The notes beneath the pieces are model-generated. The model was not told the origin of the DNA and did no database searches. It was given only the letters and a program-made list of their open reading frames with translations. The position numbers were made by a program, and so were the translations under genes. A stretch of 64,000 nucleotides of DNA from IMG/VR virus record IMGVR_UViG_3300014968_000001, positions 1 through 64,000 of that record. The stretch is one strand, 5' to 3'. Origin of the DNA: a virus (Duplodnaviria; Caudoviricetes). Positions 38,711-48,364 of the stretch are shown piece after piece (position 1 is the stretch's first letter; each line of letters starts with the position of its first letter).

Positions 38711-40645
38711 ATGGCGAATACGACGAATAACAATCTGCTCCTGGCACCGAACGCATTCTCGAAGTGCGCCCCGAACCTTTCCACCAACATCAAGCAATGC
38801 GGCACGGTGACGTTGTGCAACGCCATCCCCATGACGCCTGCCGACCTGAGTACCGCGTTCACGTCCGGCGGCAATTATCGCGTGATGTCGTCCCTGCTGA
38901 AGCACGACATGGAAATCAAGATGTGCTCGGCCAAGCAGAATGGCCTGTACGACTTCCTGATGGCCAACAAGGTGTCGATGGGCCACAAAATCCGCACGGA
39001 GAAAATCAATTCCGGCCTTATCCGCATCGCCCCCTACGTTCTCGCCCGTCAGTACACGAACATCAACAACGAATACTGGCAGGTATCCAACGGCGCGACC
39101 AACGGCGCCTACTGGCAGGTCGATGTTACCAGCCCGACTGGGATTCCGGCCAATGAACGCTCTTTCGGTCCCGGCAATCGCGTGTTCATCGACGGTGTGA
39201 CCGGCGGCGGCACGGCTACCCACACGGAATGGCTGATTATTTCCTCGACTGTCACCGGCAACACGGTGGTCCTGATTTTGCAGGCGGCGCAAGCCGGTTC
39301 CTACCTGGCGGCTTCCAGTTTGACCAGCCCGACGGTCGGCATTATGACCCGCGGCACGGCGAACGTAAACGATTACGAGAAGTATTGCGATGAGCCGGCG
39401 GCTTACCTGAACTGGAACAACGTTCCGTTCTGGACGGAAACGATGCGAACCACGGTTTGCACGTCCGAACAATATCAGCTCTGGCGCAAGCTTCTGCTGG
39501 CCGACAACCCGCTCTACGCTGAATACGGCGACCTCGACGAGATCGAGAAGAACCGCCAGTTGGGTGCCGATTGGCAGAAGCGCATGGTGGCTCAGATGTT
39601 CTGGGGTAAGGCGACCAATGCCAACCAGACCCTCGCGCTCTATCCGAACCTGCCGCAAATCGAAACCTATCCGGGTGGAAATTTCGACGTTGGCGGCGCG
39701 CAATGCGTCGGTGTTCGCGCCGACATGATCGGGCTTTACGAGCAGATGGCGCAATGCGGTCGGATCGTTGACCTGCAAGGCGCGGCGCTGAACCTGATTT
39801 CCCTGTTCAATGCGCTCTATCAGATGATGCGCGTGCGGGAAGGTTCCACGGGTCAAAACGTTAAGTCGTTCGATTTGTTCACGGACAATCAGACCGCCGA
39901 AGCCATCAATTACGCGATGGTGACGCAGTATTACCAGAGCAAGAGCAACAACCAGTTGCGCTTGAACTACGACGTGAACGCCAGCGGGAATGCTCCGCAA
40001 TCGGCCAATTTCGGGTTCAACTTCCGGTCTTACAACCTGTTCTACCCGAACGTGCGTATCAATGTCGTGACGCATTATTACTTTGACGATTACGTGACCG
40101 CGCAGGCGGCAGTCGGAAACAACAACGGACGCTTCCTGTGGTGCCTGGATTTCACGGGCATCTATCCCGGCATCATGGCGACCAACCGCAAGGTGCTGAA
40201 CACGGGCGACCTCAAGACGCTCGCGGCGATTGATTCCTCATGGGGCTGCGTCATGGAAGTGTTCACCAAACAGACCACGGCGACGAGTGTTACCGGGACG
40301 ATGGTGGTGGAATGTCCGGCGGCGAACCTGATGATCGAAAACTTCCCGTTGACCGGCATCATCGGCAGCAATGTGTCGCCGAACCCGACCACGCCGCCCG
40401 TGTATCCGCCGTCGGCGACCAGCACGACCACGACGACCACCTTGGGCACGTTGTATTACAATACGCTTCAATCGTTCACGGCGACGTGTCCGGTGGGTTA
40501 CGAGGGTGCTCCGGTGACTGTGAGCAGCGCGGCGAATTCGTTTGTGTCGAGCATCTCGCAGGCGGACGCCAATGCGAAAGCGTTGAGCGCGGCGACCTTG
40601 GCAGCGCAACAGCAATTGGTCTGCACGCCAATCAATAATCCGTAA
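38711..40645 (+). CDS. Major capsid protein with Thr/Pro linker and C-terminal DUF5977-type module
   Basis: Follows scaffold, followed by a terminator; tail SPNPTTPPVYPPSATSTTTTTT then YYNTLQSFTATC..SISQADANAKA..LVC. Confidence 0.8.
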   Translation: MANTTNNNLLLAPNAFSKCAPNLSTNIKQCGTVTLCNAIPMTPADLSTAFTSGGNYRVMSSLLKHDMEIKMCSAKQNGLYDFLMANKVSMGHKIRTEKINSGLIRIAPYVLARQYTNINNEYWQVSNGATNGAYWQVDVTSPTGIPANERSFGPGNRVFIDGVTGGGTATHTEWLIISSTVTGNTVVLILQAAQAGSYLAASSLTSPTVGIMTRGTANVNDYEKYCDEPAAYLNWNNVPFWTETMRTTVCTSEQYQLWRKLLLADNPLYAEYGDLDEIEKNRQLGADWQKRMVAQMFWGKATNANQTLALYPNLPQIETYPGGNFDVGGAQCVGVRADMIGLYEQMAQCGRIVDLQGAALNLISLFNALYQMMRVREGSTGQNVKSFDLFTDNQTAEAINYAMVTQYYQSKSNNQLRLNYDVNASGNAPQSANFGFNFRSYNLFYPNVRINVVTHYYFDDYVTAQAAVGNNNGRFLWCLDFTGIYPGIMATNRKVLNTGDLKTLAAIDSSWGCVMEVFTKQTTATSVTGTMVVECPAANLMIENFPLTGIIGSNVSPNPTTPPVYPPSATSTTTTTTLGTLYYNTLQSFTATCPVGYEGAPVTVSSAANSFVSSISQADANAKALSAATLAAQQQLVCTPINNP

Positions 40646-40698
40646 TGACATCTTCCGGCGATAATGAGCGCCGGGGGTTTAGGTTGCTGAGTGATAGG

Positions 40699-40736
40699 CG
40701 CGGCCCTGGTGAACTTTCACACTGGGGCCGCGTTTT
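40699..40736 (+). terminator. Terminator after capsid gene
   Basis: cgcggccc..gtgaactttcac..ggggccgcg followed by TTTT. Confidence 0.65.
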
Positions 40737-40796
40737 CCACTTTACGGACGGAACAGTATTGGCTAAGAATGTTTGGACAGACTAACTCACATCACT

Positions 40797-41372
40797 ATGA
40801 CCAAAATATACTTCATCAAGGAACACGTTGTTAAACCCGCCACCGACAGCCAAGGGAGAGTCCTGCAATGGGTACCGCTCGGCGGTGACTATGGCTATGC
40901 TGAATTCGACGCGGAAGACCCAGCGGATGCGGCGAAGATCGAGGAACTGAAAGCCTTGTGCGGTCGGTTTGGGATTTATCAGGGAACCGAGGCCGAAGTG
41001 GAAGCAAAAAAAAAATTGCCGGTGTGGACGCCGCCCGCCTCGCCATTCGGGCCGCTGCGAGTCCTGCAAACGGCGCAAGACAACATCAACCCGCTCCCAT
41101 CAAACGGCCAACCTGCTGCGGAGGTTAGCGCCGCCAGCCTGCAAGCGCAGCACAAGGCCGCGCAGAGCGAACTCAGCCGCGGCACTACCGGCATTCCCCA
41201 GGTGAAGTTGCCTTCGATGCCGCGTGAGACGCCGCAACCTATCCCGCAAATGAATCCGCCGGGGCCAGCTGGCGAACCGAAGCCGGTTTTGCCGCCAACA
41301 TTTAAGCCGAAGGTGGGTAGAGCGCGCAAGGCGGCTGTGGAAACGCCGGCAAATCCGCCAGTGCCCGTCTAA
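40797..41372 (+). CDS. Hypothetical protein with Pro-rich C-terminus
   Basis: Between capsid and adaptor genes. Confidence 0.7.
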   Translation: MTKIYFIKEHVVKPATDSQGRVLQWVPLGGDYGYAEFDAEDPADAAKIEELKALCGRFGIYQGTEAEVEAKKKLPVWTPPASPFGPLRVLQTAQDNINPLPSNGQPAAEVSAASLQAQHKAAQSELSRGTTGIPQVKLPSMPRETPQPIPQMNPPGPAGEPKPVLPPTFKPKVGRARKAAVETPANPPVPV

Positions 41373-41378
41373 TGACTA

Positions 41379-43085
41379 ATGGCCACAGTTTACACATTTG
41401 GCGACCTGCAAACGGAGCTTAAGCAGAGTTTGTTTCCGACCGGATTGCCTGTCAATTTGGTCGTTCCAGTTCGCCTGATGTTCGTCGAGGCCATGTTGGA
41501 TTTGCAGAAGTTCGTCGAGTGCCTGCAAATCAATAACGTCCAAGTCATTCCTCAATGCAATACCTTCTTCAAATGCGGGTACACCGTGACCGATGCTCCG
41601 AGGGGAAGAATCACAAGGGTGTACACCATCGACAAAATCAATCAGGAAACGGGATTGGAAGACCCGACCGTGGCTTTGGATTGGTGTTCAGTGGTGGAAT
41701 TGAGGCAGGCGAATTACGATGACCTTGACCGTTACGTTTCCACGACTTTGGCGGGATCGTTGGGGGAAGGATTCTGGCCGTGGCTGATTGGTTTTGGATT
41801 GCAGGGCGTCGTGGCATTTCCCTCGACGTGCCTGAACTGGTGGTATGACAAATACGCTTACCCGCCACCCGATGATACGCCGTTCGCCAAGTCGCCACCG
41901 TTGCCGTTGGGTTTTCATTACCCGCAATCCGCCACCGACAATCCTGCTGGCCGTTCGCAATGGGGTTTGTGGGCGTTGAAAGGTGGTCAGATATACGTGG
42001 CGCCGTGGATTCAAAGCACGGAGACGCTGGTGATAGAATGGAACGGGCTGAAGCGGGATTGGCAGGACTCGGACCTCGTGGACAACGATCCGATGTTGAA
42101 ACAGGCGGTTGAAGCGTATGTGTCCAAGGAATACGCCCGGAAGTACGACCGGGATTACGATGCCGAAGCGTCATTCGCGGCAAGGTTCAATGAAGCCCGG
42201 GCGATTTTGATGGATGAATGCCGGCGCGAGACGGAAATCAGGGATTCAGGCGAAGGCGCGGCGGCGCGCGGAGCGGCGTTGATAGTGCCGACGTTCGTGA
42301 ATGACGCGCAGACAGCCACGGCGCAATGCCCTACTGGCACTACCGGAGCATCCGTGAGTTACACCGTGCCTCAAGGATTCGTGGTTTCAACGGTGTCAGT
42401 TGCCGATGCCAACGCGCGCGCTCTAAGCCTTGCATTGCAGACGGCGGGTCAGCAATTGACTTGCACGGTTACGCCACCCACATTTTTCAATACGCCACAG
42501 AGTTTCACGGCCAATTGCGGCACGGGCACTGGCAGCCCTGTGACAGTGAACATCGCCGCCGGTCAATTCTCGTCCATTATCAGTCAAGCCGATGCTGACG
42601 CTCAGGCTTTAGCAGCGGCGACGGCAGCGGCGGAATCGCAGATACATTGTACGTTCTTGAATACGCAGCAGCAATATACAGCCACATGCCCACAGGGAAC
42701 CACCGGAACACCAGTGACCAAGACCGTTGCGGCAGGGGCCTACACGTCTACTATTTCGCAGAGTGATGCCGATCAGAAGGCGTTGACCGATGCCACGAAT
42801 CAGGCGAATGCCGCGTTGACGTGCAATGTGCCGCCAACGGTGTTTTGGAACACGGAACAAACCGTTACCAATAACCGTGTGTGTTTTGGCCGGGTTGGCT
42901 GCACGCCAAAGACGTTTACGGAGAGTTATACCGTTCCTGCGCATACCATTTCATCAATCGGCTCTCAAGGTGCGGCAAACCTGGCGGCGATAAATTTGGG
43001 GCAAAACATTGTGAACTCGCTGCTGAGTGCTGACTGCGCTAATTATGCGGTCACATGCTCAGGCGGCCCGGGAGGTGGATTGTGA
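41379..43085 (+). CDS. Head-tail adaptor-like protein with four DUF5977-type repeats
   Basis: TFGDLQTELK N-terminus typical of adaptors; four N..Q..TA.C..S.ISQADA..A..C units from ~42290. Confidence 0.7.
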   Translation: MATVYTFGDLQTELKQSLFPTGLPVNLVVPVRLMFVEAMLDLQKFVECLQINNVQVIPQCNTFFKCGYTVTDAPRGRITRVYTIDKINQETGLEDPTVALDWCSVVELRQANYDDLDRYVSTTLAGSLGEGFWPWLIGFGLQGVVAFPSTCLNWWYDKYAYPPPDDTPFAKSPPLPLGFHYPQSATDNPAGRSQWGLWALKGGQIYVAPWIQSTETLVIEWNGLKRDWQDSDLVDNDPMLKQAVEAYVSKEYARKYDRDYDAEASFAARFNEARAILMDECRRETEIRDSGEGAAARGAALIVPTFVNDAQTATAQCPTGTTGASVSYTVPQGFVVSTVSVADANARALSLALQTAGQQLTCTVTPPTFFNTPQSFTANCGTGTGSPVTVNIAAGQFSSIISQADADAQALAAATAAAESQIHCTFLNTQQQYTATCPQGTTGTPVTKTVAAGAYTSTISQSDADQKALTDATNQANAALTCNVPPTVFWNTEQTVTNNRVCFGRVGCTPKTFTESYTVPAHTISSIGSQGAANLAAINLGQNIVNSLLSADCANYAVTCSGGPGGGL

Positions 43086-45880
43086 GCAATTTTCCCAACA
43101 TCATCAACACGCCGTGCATACCCACGACGCCGCCGCCGCCAGACCCGCGTTGTGCTGACAAGGCGTTCGCCCTGGCAAATCCCGGAATTTGTTCCACGAC
43201 GCCGGTTCTGATTCTCAAGCCGGGTGTGCTGCTGACGTGCGCCCTTGGTTCGGTGCAGTTCAAAACCTTCCTCGATTTGGCAGGTGTCGAAACCGAGGTG
43301 AAGGATGGCGTCGTATATTCCTCGTCGAATTCGACGGTGGCGCTCATCGGCGCAAGCACGGGGAACGCCACGGGCATTGCTTCGGGTGAAGTCACCATTT
43401 CAGCCACGTATCAGGGACAGACCGCCACAGCGTCACTGACGGTCATTGGAAACGCCAGCGGGGGCGGTTGCTGCGGTGGAACCACCGTGGCGACCATGCT
43501 CGTGGTGGACGTGAGTAAATCCATGTCGCTCAATTTCGGTAGTGGTTTTGCCACCAAACTGGACTACGCAAAGTCAGTTGCCACCACTTACGCGAATCAG
43601 ACGAATACCCAGAAGGACGTTATCGGTCTGGTATCGTTCGATTCCACGGCAACCACGGTGGTTACTCCAACGAGCAACATCGCCAGTGTCACCGCAGCGA
43701 TTGCAGGACTGACGAATCAACCGAGCAAGACTAGCATTGGGATTGCGTTGCAGGCTGCGATAGATGCTTTGGCCGCGGTCACGGCTGACATAAAGGTGAT
43801 CGTCCTGATTTCAGACGGTGAAAATGAGGACACGGATGCTGCGAATGATCCCATCACCATCTCCGAAGGTTGGCAGTCGCCGGAAAGCGTGGTCATTTGT
43901 TTTGGCGTCCGGGCATCTGCCACAGCCAACGGATTCAATTTGCTCAACGGACTGGCGACAGGGGGCTTCTTCGTCAATTCATACCCGTCAATTGCCGCAA
44001 CTGCTCCGGTCACGCTCGACGGATTGAAGGGATATATCTGCGCCGGCAATTGCACGCCGCCAGGGAACATCTACGAGGCAGAAGGGGCGCTGAATTACAC
44101 TGGGTTTGCCAATTGGAACGTCACGTACGGCGAAGTGGATTTGTTTGGCAACGGTTTCTTCGATGTCCTGCCGGGGAACGGGCTGTATGTGAACATGAGT
44201 TCCATCCTCGTGCCTGCCGGAATCAAGAGCAAGTTGACCAGCAAAACGGCATTCAATTTTGTCACCGGCAAGACGTATCGGTTGAGCATTTCCGTGGCTG
44301 GAAATCAGACCGTGGCGGGAACATTCGGGTTGGCGGTGGCAATTACCAATGGAGTCCTGAACCAGACCGTCACCATCACGGATTACACGCAGGATTTTAA
44401 TTCTTATTCGTTCAACTTCACCGTGCCAGCGAATGTCAGTGGCAACATCACCCTGAACGAGTCGTCGAATCTGGACAATGTTCTGATTGATAATGTCGCG
44501 CTGATTGATGTGACGGATTTGGTGACGATGTTCTCGGACAATTTCGATACCGAGAACATTCAGTATGTGCCGCCTGCTTGCGGGGTGGGAAATCAATATG
44601 TCGTGATTGGCCGGGACACGACGCGGGTTGTTTTGTCGGGAGGCGGATTTTCGGACGGAAACCAAACCTACACGAAATCTTCTGATACGATTTACGGTGG
44701 CGACGGGGGCGTTTCCATCCTATTCGTTTCGGTGGACAACGCATGGGAAGTCACAGACATGTTCGCGGTGGTGCATTACACATGCAGTCCGGCAAACTTC
44801 CCGGTCGGCCCGTGGAATGTAATTAATGGCGAGCCTCCCGGTCCGACAGGGGCGTACCTGCCGATGTACGGTTACGCATACGGCTACAATTGCTACGGGT
44901 ACGGTTGTCTCGACACGCCGCCAGGGGATCAGTTGCCCGACCCGAATCCGTTGCCCGACATTGAGGCTGGATTTGTCCCGCCAATACCATACACGACCAC
45001 CCAGAGCGTTACGGTCTATTGCCCGCAAGGAACGGTTCAGGACGATGGTGGGAACACCGGCGCGACGGGCACTGCGACATACACGAGCTACATTTCGATG
45101 CAGGACGCCATCAACAATGCGCTGGCTCTGGCGACCGCGAATGCCAACGCGAATCTTGGGGCGATAGGTTGCAAGACTCAATACACGTCCACCCAGACTT
45201 ATACCGCGACGTGTCCAGTCGGTCAATTTGGGCCACCTGTGACCAAGAGCGCGACGGCGACCAGCTTCTTATCTCAGGCCGATGCAGACGCACAAGCTTT
45301 GGCGGCGGCGACAACAGCAGCTAATGCGGCGCTGTCCTGCAACGGATCGAACAACAACCTTCCCATAACAGCCATTGGCCCTTCGACCGGCGGGGCGACA
45401 CCGTATCCGAGTGTTCAAGCGGTCAGTGGAATGACTGGGCTGATTACCAAAGTCACGGTCAACATCAATCAGTTCATTCACGCATATTGCACACAAGTTT
45501 GTGTGATGCTGCGCAGTCCTTCGGGCAGAACTGCCGTGATATTTTCCGGCATGGGTGGGCCGCATGTGTTGCTCACCCCAATCAATTTGGTATTCGATGA
45601 TTCAGCGGGTGGCGTGCTTCCGGATTTCAACACGCCAACGGCAGGAACGTATCGCTGCTCGCCATACGACATTGCGGCAGTGCCGAATACTGACCCCTCC
45701 ACTCCGTACACGCAGATAGCCTATTGGCCCGCCCCCGCACCACAGCCGAATTACGGATTAAATCTCGCAACTTTTATTGGTGATAATCCGAACGGTTCTT
45801 GGAGCCTTTGGGTCGCCTCAGCCTTGAATCGGGACACCGGTTCCATCGGTTCTTGGTCGGTGAATATTACCTCCGCATAA
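43082..45880 (+). CDS. Multi-domain virion adhesin: Ig-like, vWA, CBM/DUF642-like, 2x DUF5977, proprotein-convertase P-domain
   Basis: YSSSNSTVA..GEVTISATY (Ig); VVDVSKSM..TSIG..ISDGE (MIDAS); NGSWSLWV..DTGSIGSWSV (P-domain); GTG start. Confidence 0.8.
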   Translation: MSNFPNIINTPCIPTTPPPPDPRCADKAFALANPGICSTTPVLILKPGVLLTCALGSVQFKTFLDLAGVETEVKDGVVYSSSNSTVALIGASTGNATGIASGEVTISATYQGQTATASLTVIGNASGGGCCGGTTVATMLVVDVSKSMSLNFGSGFATKLDYAKSVATTYANQTNTQKDVIGLVSFDSTATTVVTPTSNIASVTAAIAGLTNQPSKTSIGIALQAAIDALAAVTADIKVIVLISDGENEDTDAANDPITISEGWQSPESVVICFGVRASATANGFNLLNGLATGGFFVNSYPSIAATAPVTLDGLKGYICAGNCTPPGNIYEAEGALNYTGFANWNVTYGEVDLFGNGFFDVLPGNGLYVNMSSILVPAGIKSKLTSKTAFNFVTGKTYRLSISVAGNQTVAGTFGLAVAITNGVLNQTVTITDYTQDFNSYSFNFTVPANVSGNITLNESSNLDNVLIDNVALIDVTDLVTMFSDNFDTENIQYVPPACGVGNQYVVIGRDTTRVVLSGGGFSDGNQTYTKSSDTIYGGDGGVSILFVSVDNAWEVTDMFAVVHYTCSPANFPVGPWNVINGEPPGPTGAYLPMYGYAYGYNCYGYGCLDTPPGDQLPDPNPLPDIEAGFVPPIPYTTTQSVTVYCPQGTVQDDGGNTGATGTATYTSYISMQDAINNALALATANANANLGAIGCKTQYTSTQTYTATCPVGQFGPPVTKSATATSFLSQADADAQALAAATTAANAALSCNGSNNNLPITAIGPSTGGATPYPSVQAVSGMTGLITKVTVNINQFIHAYCTQVCVMLRSPSGRTAVIFSGMGGPHVLLTPINLVFDDSAGGVLPDFNTPTAGTYRCSPYDIAAVPNTDPSTPYTQIAYWPAPAPQPNYGLNLATFIGDNPNGSWSLWVASALNRDTGSIGSWSVNITSA

Positions 45881-45926
45881 TAAAGCAAAAAACTTGCTTG
45901 ACAATAAAGCAACCGCGTAGGATTGT
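45879..45926 (+). promoter_or_regulatory. Promoter with two AATAAAGCAA boxes
   Basis: Boxes at 45879 and 45903 flank TTGACA (45898); TAGGAT at 45918. Confidence 0.65.
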
Positions 45927-45935
45927 GTCCGCACT

Positions 45936-46136
45936 ATGGCACAAATACGAATGCGGGAAGAAGAAGATGGAAAGCAGGTTAAGACCCAGGCGGTGACGCT
46001 TTATCTTCACGAGAAGGCGCACGAGAGGGCGCGGAAGATTGCCTTTGAGCGGACGACGCCAGAACGCACCATATCAGTTTCGGAAGTGTTGGTTGGGATT
46101 TTGGAGGGGGAGTTGATACCGAGGAAGGGCGTATGA
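45936..46136 (+). CDS. Ribbon-helix-helix (Arc/CopG-like) regulator
   Basis: QAVTLYLHEKAHERARKIA..SVSEVLVGILE. Confidence 0.7.
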   Translation: MAQIRMREEEDGKQVKTQAVTLYLHEKAHERARKIAFERTTPERTISVSEVLVGILEGELIPRKGV

Positions 46137-46381
46137 GTAAGACCAATACATCATCACCGGCGTTTCCAAGCGATTTCCGAAAGCACGGCGCTGACTCGGA
46201 CTACTGCGACTTTGGCCTCACCAAGCGTGAATATTTCGCGGCGATGGCGATGGGCGCTATATTTCATTCCTGCATTGTCGGTAAACAATTGGACGGAACG
46301 CCACATACGCCTCAAACCATTGCCATCGAATGCGTGAAAACTGCCGACGCCCTGCTCGCCGAACTGGAAAAGAAGCCATGA
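46133..46381 (+). CDS. Common phage hypothetical protein
   Basis: PAFP..GLTKREYFAAMAM..ADALLAEL. Confidence 0.8.
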   Translation: MSKTNTSSPAFPSDFRKHGADSDYCDFGLTKREYFAAMAMGAIFHSCIVGKQLDGTPHTPQTIAIECVKTADALLAELEKKP

Positions 46382-46569
46382 CATCCTCCACCTTAAACCT
46401 CTCCGACCTTCCCCCGCTCTGGAAATCCACGCGCGTAACGTGTTCCAAGTTCTCGCGGCATGAATTTGACGCGAACGGGATTTGCCCGTGCGGCCACAAG
46501 AACGCTGAACGGCGGAAGCGGGATGAACGGGCACGGACGGATAGGGTGCGGGAGTTTATACGGCAATGA
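46378..46569 (+). CDS. Small hypothetical protein
   Basis: ATGA-coupled; Cys/His motif CSKFSRH..CPCGH. Confidence 0.5.
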   Translation: MTSSTLNLSDLPPLWKSTRVTCSKFSRHEFDANGICPCGHKNAERRKRDERARTDRVREFIRQ

Positions 46570-46862
46570 AATCACCATTCAAAGTTCCGCCGTTTGACCG
46601 CAAGCCGCCTGTTGATCCGGTTCATTATTACTGGTGGTCGTGGCATCCCAATTACCCACGCTGGTCACAATCGTGTTGGGGCGGAAAGACTAAAGCTGAA
46701 GCGTTGAAGGCGTTAAAAAAACCAACGGCTTCCAGTTTGAGTGTTTATCACAACAAATTAATTCGGCACGGTGACGGGAAATACACCGAAGTTGCGGATG
46801 TTCCGTGTAAAGAAATGGATGTTTGGGAAAGAATTTACGCACAGCGAAAAGCCAACTCATGA
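46566..46862 (+). CDS. Hypothetical protein
   Basis: 98 aa, Trp-rich; ATGA-coupled. Confidence 0.6.
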   Translation: MKSPFKVPPFDRKPPVDPVHYYWWSWHPNYPRWSQSCWGGKTKAEALKALKKPTASSLSVYHNKLIRHGDGKYTEVADVPCKEMDVWERIYAQRKANS

Positions 46863-48364
46863 CCCCAACCTTTTCATTACTCCTGTCCACCGCGCGCCAG
46901 CATTTGATCCCCGAAACCATGCGGCGTTGGTTCAATTCCGCGACGGCTCGTTGGGGCGTTGAGTTCGTCATCTGCACCGATGGAGGCAACTGGCGCGGGG
47001 AATGGGACGGGACGCTCAACAAGATGTGTCGTGAACTGAAAATTCGCCGGTCACAGGTCAAAATCGGAGCCATCAAAGTGCCTCCGTTTTCGTCTAATCG
47101 TTGCTGGAACCTGGCGGCGAAGATTTGCACGGGAAACATTTTGGTAATGGTGGCGGATGATTTGATGCCGCAACAGGGATGGGACTCGGTTATCGCCAAT
47201 AGCACGCGGAGCTTTGACAGCGAATCTTGGGTATTATGGGCCGACGACGGAACCGAGGACCAAAAGCTGACTCACCCGATAATGTCTCGGAAACGATACG
47301 AGGAACAGGGTTGCTTCCTGTTCCCGCTTTACAACTCAATGTACGATGACACGGATTTGTGGCGGCAGGCACAGCGGGACGGGGTAGTGATAGATGCTCG
47401 TGACGTGCTGACCATCGAGCATCAGCATCATTATTTCGGTAAGCGCGAGGAAGATGCCGTGGACAAGGTTCAGGCCAGCCCGGAACGCTATGCCGAAAGT
47501 GAGCGGTTATACCTGTGGCGGAAGCAGCGCGGATTTCCTAAATATTCAGGACTCGTTCCAAAATCGAAGTCCGATTACGCAGTTTACATGCAGGTAATAA
47601 AAGATGACTTCTTTCTCTACGAGATTTTGGAGCGGCTGGTTTATGAGGGGGTGACGAAGTTCTTTTTCAGCATCCCGCTATTCTCGTGGGATGGGAAGCA
47701 AGTATATTCGGAAGATGTCACCGCGATTCTTGATGCTAGCATAAAATTAAAGCACAAATACGGCTGCAAGATTAAATGCGATTACAACTGGTGTCACGAG
47801 GAACGACTCTCCCGCATCGAACGCGAGACTCGGGTGCGGAACATCGCCTTAAACGCAATGCGTGAGGAAGGCTGGCCCTTCGCCCTAATCGTGGACTCGG
47901 ACGAACTGTGGGTGCCAGGAACGCTGGACAAAGTTCATGCACTCGCCAGTGAGGGCGTGCAGGCGATCCGCGTCAAAATGACCACCGTGGCTGGGATGCC
48001 CAAGGCGTACCCGATTGACGGCAAAGATTACGCCAATGTCTATATCGGGCCGGATGTCGAATTCGATTATTGCCGGAATCCCGTTGCGCCGATGCACGCG
48101 ATTGATGAGGTTGGCGTTTATCATTTCTCTGCCGTGCGTCGGACGAAGGAGTTGCTGGTTGAAAAAATGAAGTCGAGTGGGCATTACGGCGAAGCGGGAT
48201 ATGATTTTGATAAGTGGCTGTCCACGACATTGCCGGCGATAAAGCTCGGAGCGGAGAATGTGCATATGGCGCACAAGGGGAAACTGTGGCCGTTGGTGAG
48301 AGAGTGGGAACAGAAAGACATCGAAGTGTTGCCTGAAACCATTAAGCAATTTTTACAATTATGA
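46859..48364 (+). CDS. Two-domain glycosyltransferase (GT2 + GT2-like)
   Basis: WNLAA..GNILVMVADD, YDDTDL..IEHQH; second domain ALIVDSDELW. Confidence 0.8.
   Translation: MTPTFSLLLSTARQHLIPETMRRWFNSATARWGVEFVICTDGGNWRGEWDGTLNKMCRELKIRRSQVKIGAIKVPPFSSNRCWNLAAKICTGNILVMVADDLMPQQGWDSVIANSTRSFDSESWVLWADDGTEDQKLTHPIMSRKRYEEQGCFLFPLYNSMYDDTDLWRQAQRDGVVIDARDVLTIEHQHHYFGKREEDAVDKVQASPERYAESERLYLWRKQRGFPKYSGLVPKSKSDYAVYMQVIKDDFFLYEILERLVYEGVTKFFFSIPLFSWDGKQVYSEDVTAILDASIKLKHKYGCKIKCDYNWCHEERLSRIERETRVRNIALNAMREEGWPFALIVDSDELWVPGTLDKVHALASEGVQAIRVKMTTVAGMPKAYPIDGKDYANVYIGPDVEFDYCRNPVAPMHAIDEVGVYHFSAVRRTKELLVEKMKSSGHYGEAGYDFDKWLSTTLPAIKLGAENVHMAHKGKLWPLVREWEQKDIEVLPETIKQFLQL

Noticed and set aside
38393-40075. 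560-aa antisense ORF over the capsid gene (similarly 37174..38541, 4211..5275, 14092..15063, 18402..19571, 2813..3667)
   Set aside because: Shadow frames of codon-biased GC-rich genes; no motifs, and they fully overlap well-supported CDSs.
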